From: Botryllus schlosseri
Lineage: Eukaryota
Direction: 5' to 3'
DNA length: 64,000 bases
NCBI GenBank assembly: GCA_051294905.1
Contig: CM119371.1
Location: forward strand, 7,256,001-7,320,000
In this document: piece by piece, positions 49,801 to 62,150 of the stretch
Layout of the letters: each line of letters opens with the position of its first letter
How positions within the stretch are numbered: the stretch's first letter is position 1
The notes under the pieces: generated by a model
What the model was told of the DNA's origin: nothing
Databases searched by the model: none
What the model saw: the letters and a program-made list of their open reading frames with translations, nothing else
Translations under genes and position numbers: made by a program

Positions 49801-50145
49801 GAAAGCGGAGTTCGGGGCGTATCGGAAGATGTTTCGAAGCAGTGGAGAATAACGGAGAAGTCAGCCATATGCAAGTTCAAGGCCAATTGGCGACTGCTGA
49901 TTGCCCGTCGATGAGATGACACAACGGACGGTTATAATACAAAGAAAGCGGAGTTCGGGGCGTATCGAAAGATGTTTCGAAGCAGTGGAGAATAACGGAG
50001 AAGTCAGCCATGCTATTTCAAGGCCAATTTGGCGACTGATTGCCCGTCGATGAGATGACATAGCGGACGGATACTGAAAGTAGAGTTCGGGGCGTAGCGG
50101 AAGATGTTAAGAAACAGCGGTGAAAAACGGAAAAGTCAACCATGC
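46865..50145 (+). repeat. Left-arm tandem array, ~141-bp unit (~190-bp variant), ~22 units, 898-bp higher-order repeat
   Basis: gcgtatcggaagatg at 46953, 47094, 47235, etc.; identical ORF calls offset by 898 bp (48507/49405, 48680/49578). Confidence 0.95.
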
Positions 50146-50529
50146 AATTTGGTGTATTTCAATTTATTCGATAATATATAACCGGCACATATTTTTTTCG
50201 ATCTGAGAACTAATAATTCACTCCAAAATTTTCTAAAAACCCGAAACTGCTCATCTAACGTTACTGTCACACAGGGTTGTAACCAAGTCACAAGGCTCCG
50301 AGTCACCTGTCAATCTCAGTTTTGACTCGAGGTCTGATACGATCTGAGGTTGGATCGATCTCAAAGTGCGGCGTTGGAGCATTGAGCAAGCGCTTTCCGA
50401 GTCAAGCCCTTTGACTCGAGGCCTTACTCATTCACTTTTTTTACGGTTTGGCCAATAATATTGAGTGCATGGAAATTGTGCTGTGAGCATGTTTGGTGCC
50501 TGAATTCACAATTTCAATTGTAATATATA

Positions 50530-51367
50530 CAGAGGTGGTCAGTAACGAAGTAGCCTACTTCTACTTTTTCGAAGTGCTCAAGTAGTTTTCCTCTACTTCT
50601 AGTACTTACTCAAGGAGATCTGATTTTCACTACTTCGACGTAATATTTTGTGATCTACTTACTTTTCGCTATTTTCAGTTTGTCAAGTAGAAGTAGCCTA
50701 ATCCTCCAATCAGGAAGATAGCCTGAGGAATTTCGGGGCTGTTTTCACGGAGTATCCACATCTAATTTTCATAAAAGTTGAGTAAAGTCCAGAATTTTCA
50801 TCGCGTTTCGCGCGCAGTGGATGCGGCATAAATAAAGTTACACTCTATGGCATTTTTACGACGCACCATATTTTTATTAGCGTTTACTAATCGCGCAAGG
50901 TGTTTATACACCGTATCCTAACTTATCCGTATTGCGCTTTGACTAAACTGCGGGCCTTATAATATGGAGGAGGGTGCGATACCATGATCTTTTCTAAAAC
51001 GTGCTGTTCGAGTATACAGAGGATTAGTATCGCATTTCCATATCAATACTAGCATTTTTATCCATTGATGCGGAAGAATGCTTATGCTGTCGAAAATTGG
51101 ATAGTTCCTGGTATGCATCAATATGAATCAAGCTCGACACCTTTCGCGTAGCTCAATTTCCACGTTTTGACAATCCATGCGAACGAATTACGATCGTTTT
51201 CACAACTACTTACTTACTTGAGTAGATTTAAAGTCAGTCAATTCTACTGCTGCTTCAAGTAGTTTTAGGTTTCTTATGGAAAACGTACTTCCACTCGTAC
51301 TTGGGTAAATTTTTTCGTCGCTACTTCTACACTTGAGTAGCTTTCTTGACTACTTTGATCACCTCTG
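50530..51367. mobile_element. hAT-type MITE
   Basis: TIRs CAGAGGTGGTCA/TGATCACCTCTG; perfect 8-bp TSD aatatata. Confidence 0.85.
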
Positions 51368-52769
51368 AATATATAGCAATGTTACATAAGAAGTAAATCA
51401 TGCTCTATCGCCGTATGGCTTCATCGTTGGCTGTGTAGGCTATTCCCAAATAGGTGGACATTTTTGACCATAAGAAAGTCTTCCAAAAGCGGTTGATTGC
51501 TCAATGCTCATACAACTCACTGTTTTATCATTTAGGTATAAAACGTAGCATCAGGATAGGTAGAAACGACTGTATGATGTATGTTACTGAAAAAACACAC
51601 ACAAATTGTTGTGTACAATATATAGCGATCTTCAAATCCTAACAAGAACCGGATCCGCGGCGATGCGGGTAGACGATACGGCGCCTCAGCAGACAAATGC
51701 AATACACAATGCGGTGGATGACCTGGCGCTTTATGAATGTACGCAATGTTAGATCATCGCAATACCCCTGATTAAACCGTCCGGCCCCGCGTATATGGCT
51801 GAAATATCAGCAACGCGGTGCGGGTACCACTATACCCATTATCAGTAACCCATACCTATACCCATTAACATGTGCTTATGCCTGAAAACTTCAGGATTAA
51901 GTATGATGTTTCATTATTTGGAAATATTTGCTCTGGCTATTACAGTATGTCAAATAGTCCTTAAATTGTTATTGAGCTTGGGAGATAATAGATATCTTTA
52001 GTCTTTACCGATTCGAAATGAATTGTACATGCGGCAAGCTATAGTTGAATAGTTTGAGCTAGGTTGATATTTCGTGTGTGTAGCGATTACAGATAGCAGT
52101 AATTGAAGGAAATACTGGGCAACAAACATCACATCTAAACCCGCGGATCGCCAGATCACGAGCAATTAATAAAACCGCAGAGGTCTGCGAGCAGTCATCA
52201 GCTGTCAAATCTATTGAGTAAAGACTCGAAACTGCAGAATGATCTTCTAGCCAGTGCCGGTCCCAAGCTCGCTAACCCTAGCACGGTTTACTCCTCATCC
52301 TAATTCCTACGTCCCTCGATAAAAATAATAATATTTCTTTAATTATATACTATATACGCAAATCCAACACGTGCATATATTATAATACTTTTTTCAACGA
52401 CGTACTGCATACTGGAATAGTTCGAAAACGTTTTTTCTTTTAATAATTAACGGGTATTTGCGCATCATGAATGAAACATGAATACTTGAATTGTTGTTAA
52501 TTACGACGCTACGGTTGTCAAGGAGCACGGTTGAATTTATGATTATTCAATTGCATGTTCAACAGCGGCAATTGTAATTGTAATTGTAATGTAATTGAAG
52601 CATGCAAGGAGTAATTGTAATTGTAATTTGATATTTTAGCATGGAGTAATTGTAATTGTAATGTAATTGAAACATGCATGAAAGTAATTGTAATTGTAAT
52701 TGTAATTAAACTGAAATAATGTAATTGATCCAACTCTGATATCAACAGTTAAATTGTCATACGAAACGC

Positions 52770-54610
52770 GTCCGCTATGTCATCTCATCGATGGGCAAGC
52801 AATCACCGAATTGGCCTGAAACTCGCATGGCAGACTTCTCCGTTATTCTCTGCTGTTTCGAAATATATTTCGCTACGCCCCAAACTCCGCTTTCAGTATA
52901 TTATAACGATATAACCGTCTGCTATGTCATCTCATCGATGGGCAATCAGTCACCTTGAACTCGCATGGCTGACTTCTCCGCTATTCTCCACTGCTTCGAA
53001 ACATCTTCCGATACGCCCTGATCTCCGCTTTCTATATTATATAACCGTCCGCTATGTCTATTTCGCGGGGCCCCGAACTCCGCTTTCAGTATCCGTCCGC
53101 TATGTCATCTCATCGACGGGCAATCAGTCGCCAAATTGGCCTTGAACTCGCATGGCTGAATTCTCCGTTATTCTCTGCTGTTTCGAAATATATTTCGCTA
53201 CGCCCCGAACTCCGCTTTCAGTATATTATAACGTTATAACCGTCCGCTGTGTCATCTCATCGATGGGCAATCAGTCACCAAATTGGCCTGAAACTCGCAT
53301 GGCTGACTTCTCCGTTATTCTCTGCTGCTTCGAAATATATTTCGCTACGCCCCGAACTCCGCTTTCAGTATATTATAACGATATAACCGTCCGCTGTGTC
53401 ATCTCATCGATTGGCAATCAGTCACCAAATTGGCCTGAAACTCGCATGGCTGACTTCTCTGTTATTCTCCACTGCTTCGAAACATCTTCCGATACGCCCC
53501 GAACTCCGCTTTCAGTATATTATAACGATATAACCGTCCGCTGTGTCATCTCATGGATAGGCAATCAGTCACCAAATTGGCCTGAAACTCGCATGGCTGA
53601 CTTCTCCGTTATTCTCTGCTGTTTCGAAATATATTTCGCTGCGCCCCGAACTCCGCTTTCAGTATATTATAACCGTCCGCTATGTCATCTCATCGATGGG
53701 CAATCAGTCACCAATAATTGGCCTGATACTCGCATGGCTGAATTCTCCGTTATTCTCTGCTGTTTCGAAATATATTTCGCTACGCCCCGAACTCCGCTTT
53801 TAGTATATTATAACGATATGACCGTCCGCTGTGTCATCTCATGGATGGGCAATCAGTCACCAAATTGGCCTGAAACTCGCATGGCTGACTTCTCCGTTAT
53901 TCTCTGCTGTTTCGAAATATATTTCGCTGCGCCCCGAACTCCGCTTTCAGTATATTATAACCGTCCGCTATGTCATCTCATCGAAGGGCAATCAGTCGCC
54001 TTGAACTCGCATGGCTGACTTCTCCGTTATTCTCCACTGCTTCGAAACATCTTCCGATACGCCCCGAACTCCGCTTTCCTTGTATTAGATAACCGCCCGC
54101 TATGTCATCTCATCGATGGGCAATCAGTCGCCCAATTGGCCTTGAACTTGCATGGCTGACTTCTCCGTTATTCTCCACTGCTTCGAAACATCTTCCGATA
54201 CGCCCTGATCTCCGCTTTCTATATTATATAACCGTCCGCTATGTCTATTTCGCGGGGCCCCGAACTCCGCTTTCAGTATCCGTCCGCTATGTCATCTCAT
54301 CGAAGGGCAATCAGTCGCCCTGAACTCGCATGGCTGACTTCTCCGTTATTCTCCACTGCTTCGAAACATCTTCCGATACGCCCCGAACTCCGCTTTCCTT
54401 GTATTATATAACCGCCCGCTATGTCATCTCATCGACGGGCAATCAGTCGCCCAATTGGCCTTGAACTTGCATGGCTGACTTCTCCGTTATTCTCCACTGC
54501 TTCGAAACATCTTCCGATACGCCCCGATCTCCGCTTTCTATATTATATAACCGTCCGCTATGTCCATTTCGCGGGGTCCCGGACTCCGCTTTCAGTATCC
54601 GTCCGCTATG
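52770..54610 (-). repeat. Right-arm tandem array (inverted), ~141-147-bp units
   Basis: Reverse complement of the left-arm unit; inner units are a 147-bp variant. Confidence 0.95.
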
Positions 54611-56219
54611 TCGCGCGTGTCTATAAAGGTTAATGACCGAAAGCTCCGCTCTCCGCTAGGTCCGCTGTCTCCGTCTTTTAGGAATCGGCATTTTTGGCTC
54701 TCTCCGCCGGCTCCGTTGCTTCCGCGTTTTAGGGTCCGTTCTCCGCTGCCTCCGCTGTCTCCGCTGCCTCCGCTTCTCCGTCTTTTAGGGATGCCCCCTA
54801 AATTGCTTGGGGTGTCCAACTGTCTCCCCGAGGATCCCAGTTGGAACTAAATACTTTAAGATAACAATGTGATATATTAGTCAGATCATCACCGGGTCTA
54901 TCCATTTGAATACTTTACAGCCAGAGTGGAATTGGTGGCAAACGTCACGCGCAACTTTTCATATAATTCTTCAATTATTCTATGAAAGAAACCCTTCTGT
55001 CAAGCGCAACTTATTGGCGAAAACAACCACTGATTCCAGTCTGGCTTTACAGTTATACATGTTATTTATCGAATTTGGGTGAGTGATAGGCCTATTCAAG
55101 TCTTAAATCGTTTCAAATGGTAAAATAACCTTTCCAATGATTCGCCCAATAAACATGACGTTCTGCGAATTGAAGGGTCCAATAAAATGAGACTCCATTG
55201 CATCACGCCGAGGCTCCTCATTTTAGTAGTGAAACAGTCGCTGGAAGACTCTGGGCGAGCTGAAGTGCGTGGATTTTTTACGAGATTATGATCTTACTAA
55301 TATTATAATAAATTTTTGAGCGTAAAACTGACCCGACGAACATGATGTTGTAATGAACCCAGATTTCAAGGACAAAAACCCGGAAACCCAGTTGATGCTT
55401 TAAAAACCCAGACGTGGGGACGTGGGTGGAAATACCCAGGAGTGGCTTGTCTGTTCACTCCGTGTTTGGAAACGAAATCAGCGAAGCATGTGGCATGTCA
55501 GTGCCACCTGACGGATTAGTTTTTCAATATACAATAGACACTTACGTGACCTTTGACACGAACCAATCAGGTTGCAGCAGGGTGTAAACAAAGAACAAGC
55601 CCGGGCAAGCTTACTATGAGTTCTTATGGAAAAAGGTTGAAAAATGAAGGTTTTAAGCAAGATTACGTTGAATTGGGGATGACTGGCCAAAATGAATAGT
55701 AATAGCGTAGAGCTAGTATGAAGTTGCAGCTTTTAATCTAGGATGAACATGAATGGTGGCAAGTACGCACCAGCGTGCTGTGTCCAAATGCACGGGTTTT
55801 TGACAACTTTTTGGATTAAGCGACGATTGTTGTATACTATACTATAGGATTGTGGTAATGCATATTTTGACGATTTCATAGGCTCCAGGTCTCGAGGAAA
55901 ATTTTCAAGCACATCTCATGTTCAGAAATATATATACTATAAAATATAGCTGCTGCCACACATCACAATTTTTGTGTATTGATTATGAAACTTGAAAGCT
56001 ATGGAGATTCTATCGAATTTATGGATTTGAGTGGAACAGCATCTTCTTCTAACACCGCGGAGAAAGCTACGAAGTATTTCATGGAGCGCTACGCACACGA
56101 TTTAGGGATAAAGATTGAGGAGACAATCCACTCTTTTTGGAAGCAATATTCTAGTGAACAGCCAATGTTATCGCAACTTGCGGAAAAGTGAGATAACACA
56201 CTCAATGGAAATACACGTT

Positions 56220-56372
56220 CTCGGAAAATCCATTATTGATTCGTCTTGCACTTGTAAGACAGGGTAAGTAAGGCGAAAAAGACATTTTTTTAGAGACTAC
56301 TGCAATAGATATTTTAACCATGATTTATTTTCATATTAGGTTCTGATATATGCTCTCATGCATATGCATTGA
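56220..56372 (+). pseudogene. SWIM zinc-finger relic (ISL2EU second ORF-like), split by a short intron
   Basis: IIDSSCTCKTG|gtaag...ttag|SDICSHAYAL gives a CxC..CxH motif. Confidence 0.55.
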
Positions 56373-56884
56373 TTAAGACAAGCCAGCACCTGAAGCTAAA
56401 AGGACTACATTGTGATTTGCATCAGCATCAGTGAGCTCCATCGTGATTGACAAGCAATCTCTCCACCGCACTCGCAACCGATCAACTCCTGCCTCAAGGT
56501 AGATTTTGGTGTATCTGGTGTCTTCAGTTTTATAACATTCCACCAAACACAAATAATCCTAGAACATTTTCATCTGGAGAATTGTTCATTCAACAAATTG
56601 GGCATCGAAATGAGCTTCAATGCACACCACTGGAATATCTAGACATGCACTGTTGGTACAGACTGACCTTGGCACCGCGCAAATACGATCCGTAGCATGC
56701 TATTAGGCATTACGATATTCACAATGGAACTGAATTTGCACAATTGCAGAATATGTTGCATCATTCGTTTTTAATTTTCAATCTTGAATTAGAGTATGCA
56801 ATTAGTCCACATTTGGTTAGTTGTGATACACAATGCTGCATAGTATGACACCGGTCAAAATTTTATACTCCTTGATTCTTCCGA

Positions 56885-57215
56885 TCAGCTGTTCAATATG
56901 AATACGTTCTCTCGCCATCTTTCTTGTTGTGGAACAGTCTGGCTCAGGCATTTGACGTTGTGTAAATCATGTGCAGGAATATTTAAATCTAGATTCAATT
57001 TCTTGATTTCAGACTCACTGGTGAATCCCTTTTCTGCCATGATAGCATTGCCTGGCTCACCATAGCTGAACTCCATCATTTTCTTGCATTTCTTGTCGAA
57101 TCCACATATTTAACTAGTATTTCGATCTGAAATGCTCCCTGTGAATATTTCCTGCACAAAAGTAAGTGTACCACAATCCATCAATCCTTTCAAAGTTGTA
57201 TGTGATTTATTGACA
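56885..57215 (-). pseudogene. DDE_Tnp_4-type (ISL2EU/Harbinger) transposase relic
   Basis: KSHTTLKGL..GTLTFVQEIFTGSISDR and PGNAIMAEKGF...LNIP motifs; frameshifted. Confidence 0.75.
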
Positions 57216-58716
57216 GTCAATAAATCATTCTAGATTTGAGAAATCATGAATGAATGCAAATGGTGCATTTTGAAGAACCACATATCTACATGGCCAAATC
57301 GCGATTTAATGAAGCAGTTACATGTGGCTGACCCAATGGTTTAATACTATGCTTACAGCAATACTATAAATTTGACGTCAGTAGGATAAGTCGGACAATT
57401 CAGAAAGAATTTAATGTAGTCTAGCATAAAATTTCAGCTTCTCCGCATCTTTTGACATTATGATGCTCCTCTGAGAACTGAACTTCACTAGCAATAATTG
57501 TCCGTCAATTTGTAATTTTCCTGGACGAGTTTCCTGTTTTGTGCTTCTATACTTCTTCCAGAAATTTGATTTTCTTGCGTTTTATCCATCGACTTCCTCT
57601 TTCTGCAGCTTCATAAAAGAAATCCATCAAGCCTGCACAAAATATATAATATGTTTATTTTACAGAGCAATACTGCTGTGCAGGCACCTGTCAAGGCGTA
57701 CTCGTCCGACTCATGCAACGTATCACCGCTACCAATTTCAACCATTCATCTCGTTATTGAATATATATTGCTCTCAACAATTTTAATACATTACACACCA
57801 TCAAGCAACAAGACTGGAGTGGTATAAAACGAGACACACACCAAGTCGATTGTGGCATCAAGTGTGACTGCATTTCAGATTGGACTCATTTTGAAACACA
57901 GAATTGTTTCATCTAGATTATGTCACGATTCAATATTTTTGGTACAATAATAGATATGTCATTTTAATTATAAAATGAGAATTCAGATGACTACAAGGAA
58001 GTCCACATGCCTTTATCCAGATTTTACATTCTTCCATGCATGTTATTGGCTCTGGGAAAGGTAAAAGCGCACACCAGGAATGGTCTGGGTAGCCATCTCC
58101 ATGTTACACAGGCTATTAGCACAGTGTTTATCCGGCATTTATCCTGATAGATTCAACACAAGAGCTAGATTTCAGCTGGGAACGGATCATGTTGCCTACG
58201 ATCATTGAATATGCAGGCAAGTGTCCAGTGTAACAGTAATTTGCTAGATAATGATACAGACTGTAGACTGTACTATATACGAATGTCGATTCCATAAATA
58301 GAACGCATATAACGCCAAGCCCACATAATGGATACCACACATATCCTGACTCAAGATTCCTCCAATACATGCTATTCGGTACGACAATCCTATAGTATAC
58401 GACTAAGGATAATACAGCAATAGTTGCGCTTCATCCGAAAAGTTGTCAGAAATTCATTCATTTGGACATACCATGCTGATGCGTGCTTGCCACCATTCAT
58501 GCTTATTGTAGGTTATAACACTGCAAATACATACTAGCTCTACGTTATTACCATTCACCAAAGCCAGCTATTCCCAATTCAATGTAATTTTGCTACAAAC
58601 CTATATTTTTCAACCCTTTTCCGTATGAGCTCATAGTAAGCTTGCCCGGGCTTGTTCTTTGTTTACATCCTGCTGCAACCTGATTGGTTCATGTCAAAGG
58701 TCACGTAAGTGTCTAT

Positions 58717-58796
58717 TGAATAGTATATTCATATTAAAATGAACCCGAATATTTTCGGCTGACACTCGTCAGGGTTTAATATGAATATACTATTCA
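58717..58796. mobile_element. 80-bp MITE inside the right TIR of the ISL2EU-like element
   Basis: Perfect 22-bp TIR TGAATAGTATATTCATATTAAA; AT on both sides; excision restores gtctattgtatattgaa, the complement of the left terminus. Confidence 0.75.
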
Positions 58797-59622
58797 ATTG
58801 TATATTGAAGTTCTGTACCTCAAAGAAGCTGTTCGGATTAGTTTTTGCATTTGAAGTGTAGTGTAGCCGTTACCAATAATATAAACCTTGGTAAGGTAAA
58901 CCTTGTGCTATCAGTAACAATTATTCAGTTTATCAATATTTTCATCATACCAAAACATCACAAGACTGCGACTAGGCGATGTGGGGAATAGGCATGTACG
59001 CTGAATGAAAAGTTAAACAGAGAATATAAAAGGCATGCTAGCCCTACGGTTGCCAGTGAACTCGGAACCTGGTGAACTCGGCACCTGGTGAAATCGACAC
59101 TTGATGAACTCGCCACTTCGTTCGACCGTAGATGCTGTGCGATCTCTATTGTTTTGAGTTTACAACAATACAGTGTTCCCCGTGACACCAATAAATGCTT
59201 CTCATGAAGACATCGAAACTTACGAAGGCCAAAATAATCATGTTTTGCCTTCATAGAAACGGATATTATAAATTTAATATCGTCCTTTAACTATATTTTG
59301 TTAGCAGGATGCTTTCCTAATGTCACCCTTCAACCTGCTCCTTATAAATTAAATATCGCCAATTAACTATATTTTTTTAGCAGGATGTTTCCCTAATGTC
59401 ACCCTTCAACCTGTCACCTTCCTATAAGTAATCAGCTAATACAAATCAGAATTGTTATGTTGTATTGAACTTATAAAATCTCTAATGAACGTAACAGTTG
59501 AACTAATAAATAAAAAATAAATAAATATTAAATAAATAAAAAGTAAATAAAAATAAATAAAAAATAGATATAATTTGCGAACACAAATTAGTTATTATAA
59601 GTCGCAAATACAAAATGAGGAT

Positions 59623-61453
59623 TTAGACAGAAGCAGGACCATTAATCCTCGCGATCTCTTTCAACAACCGGCGAGGGGTCTTGCTTCCTTTTCTAAATTC
59701 CCTCCAGAGATGGTATAATTGGCCATCAATCAATCGACACTCCTTGCGGCGTCTTTTCTTGATCTTGCCATCTGAGAGGAGTGCCACCTGTTCGTCCGAG
59801 AACGACGCTTCCCCATTTAGGAGAAGAATCAGGCTATATAATGGCATGTTGAGCCGTCCCATCCTGTTTAGGCGATTGTGCCACCCCTCTACATCATTGT
59901 TGGTGCTGATTGCTGTTTGATATACACTCCAACTATGTGGCTTCCAATTCTTGGAGTTTATCCATGCGCTCTGCATATAGTTAAATAACGGTTCCAGTTT
60001 TGGGTCGGTATGTTTGCGCCACAGTCTGTTGAAACTCGGATCTATAAGTTCCGCTGGCAAAGTAGCAAAGACTCCTCAACTGCTTCATGACAAGATGAGT
60101 GGCTTTCCTCGCATAATAATATTTGGAAAGCCTTAACTCCTTGATTTTTCGAAATATACATTGTGTGAAGTGGAAGGAACATCCCTGCACATCGACACCA
60201 GGAAGAGTCGCAGCCAACGACTTCCAAATTGCCAATTCAAAATCACATACAACTCTTTTCACTCGACATTCACCTATAGTGTTCAAAACTTTGTCAAGGA
60301 CAGCGACGTAGTCTGTTTTTCGTCTTCGTGACATCAGGGCAAATAATAGAGGTACCTGCTTTGTAGCATCCCCAGATCGTATGAAAGCATGGATCGAGAA
60401 AAGTTGGTAGAAGGGTTTCCTAACAACTTTGAAGGTTGCATCCACAAACCAAGTTTTTGAATTTTTCAGGAGATTTATCTGCTGCTCAGATGCAAATAAA
60501 AGATGACGGGCCCCTTTGATTGTAACATCTCCAAGCAGAAAGTTTGATGGAATATTGTCAAAATTAAGTTCAAAGTCAATAGTCTTCGGTTCCTTGAACT
60601 TGCTCGTGCATGTTGGCGTTCCTAGCTAAATTGTCAATGGGCATCAATCCCGGCATAGGGCGCTTATTATTGATCAGGTGTTTACTGGAGACAGCTTGAG
60701 CAATCCGTGCAGCTGATTCAAAAGGATTTTTTATAGCTGTGGAATTCGTCTCTTTAGAAATCAAAGCACTCTTATAGACCCCAGGAATTGCAGGGTGATT
60801 ATGAGGATGCTTTCCCTTTCAAAAATTGGTATCATCTCCAATTACCGATGCTCGGCATGATGCTTTTGTGCGATTTTTGCATCTCCAAAGAAATGACCCA
60901 TCTTTGTTTTTCTTCTTCCTGGCGTAAGAATGACCTTGGCCGTCAAAGAGCATATCACATCCTCTTTGTGACACACCCTCCAATATTTTATAGCTTGAAT
61001 CGTCCGACCAAGACATTTCGGAGCTGACCTGAGCAGCGGACACATCCGATAACGATGACTCAATGAGATCATCATATTCCTGCAAACAAAATTAGTTAAA
61101 ATCTGATCACTCATATCGAATTAATTAGGACTATTCAACTTACCTGGTTGTTAAAATCGGCTACCGGTAGTGGCCCAACGTCAATCTCAACTGCATCTTC
61201 CTGCAAGCAAAATTTAGTTAAAATCTGATCACTCATATCGAATTAATTAGCACTATTCGACTTACCTGGTTGTTAAAATCGGCTACCGGTAGCGGCCCAA
61301 CGTCAATCTCAACGGCATCTTCCTGCAAGCAAAATTTAGTTAAAATCTGATCACTCATATCGAATTAATTAGCACTATTCGACTTACATGGTTGTAAATA
61401 TCGACTACCGGTAGCGGCCCCACTTCAATCTCCACGCATATGTCCGTGCCCAT
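59623..61453 (-). pseudogene. MULE transposase with FLYWCH finger; frameshifted; predicted exons 61388-61453, 61266-61322, 61144-61200, then from 61079
   Basis: SQRG...Y...WRC...C (FLYWCH), DATFKVV.KPFYQLFSIH, DFELA, GCSFHFTQ, TNNDVEGWHNRLN; frameshifts near 60820, 60600 and 60060. Confidence 0.9.
61078..61435 (-). repeat. 122-bp tandem repeat x3 (57-nt exon + 65-nt intron)
   Basis: Each unit is GTAAGT...TTTTG(C/T)TTGCAG followed by GAAGATGC...AACCAG. Confidence 0.9.
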
Positions 61454-61500
61454 CGCATTCCCTCTATCCGTCAAGTTAGCAATACATGTACCGAGTAGGC

Positions 61501-62150
61501 CAGTGGTTCCCAACCTTTTTCGTCTCGTGCCCCCCTTGGCCGATATTTGAGCTAACATTCCCCCCTATGAAAAAGTTGACTGTGACTAAAAAAGGTGCTT
61601 TGTAACGCACAACCATTTGTTGACAGAGCAATTAATGGCCAAACATGTTCAGATGTGTCCGGACTGTATCGAATGCGGACCGCATTACACTTTGGTAAAG
61701 TACCTTTTAAATTTGACCTGTTTTTCCTTGAGTTGAATCGATGAATTTGGAATGTTTTTCACGTTAGCTCATATGTTGGCTTAAAAGTTGAACAATTGCA
61801 CTAGCGGCCTTGTGCTGAATTCGACTAGACTTTTTCCTGCTTAGTAGCAATTTGGTCGAGAGGCTGTCTCGGGTCCAACGAAATCGTCTCGTGAGCCTCA
61901 CTTTATCAGGGGGTGTAATATCTACGGAAGGCATCCAAACATACACCTATAGCTTAAAATCCACCAAGAAACATACAATTGTAAAGAGCTAATTTCTACT
62001 TAACTATACCATAAAAATCTAAAAACCTCGTGAAACCAGTGTATCAATGCCAAAGCCAGATACCACATTAAAAACTTTAAGCCAGATTCCCCCCTAAAAA
62101 TTTCAAAATTCCCCCCAAGGGGGGAATTCCCCCCCGGTTGGGAACCACTG
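61501..62150. mobile_element. hAT (Charlie-like) MITE nested in the MULE
   Basis: TIRs CAGTGGTTCCCAACC/GGTTGGGAACCACTG; perfect 8-bp TSD gagtaggc. Confidence 0.9.

Larger units (their letters stand above)
46679..54796. mobile_element. 8.1-kb foldback (Mutator-like) element with tandem-repeat arms
   Basis: Termini GGGCATCCCTAAAAGACGG/CCGTCTTTTAGGGATGCCC; perfect 9-bp TSD cctaaattg (46670-46678, 54797-54805); ~190-bp outer TIR followed by inverted arrays. Confidence 0.92.
55523..58809. mobile_element. Degenerate ISL2EU/Harbinger-like DNA transposon
   Basis: ~270-bp imperfect TIRs (TTCAATATACAATAGACACTTACGTGACC...); convergent relics of a DDE transposase (-) and a SWIM-finger ORF (+); absent from unit A (~7055). 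Exact ends uncertain. Confidence 0.75.

Noticed and set aside
46842..50061. Many repeated short ORFs (MSSHRWAISRP...) and a CRISPR-like periodic appearance
   Set aside because: Contiguous tandem units with no unique spacers and no cas genes; eukaryotic context.
53152..54018. 288-aa repetitive ORF
   Set aside because: A by-product of 147-bp (49-codon) units in the foldback arm; neighbouring units shift frame; no domain recognised.
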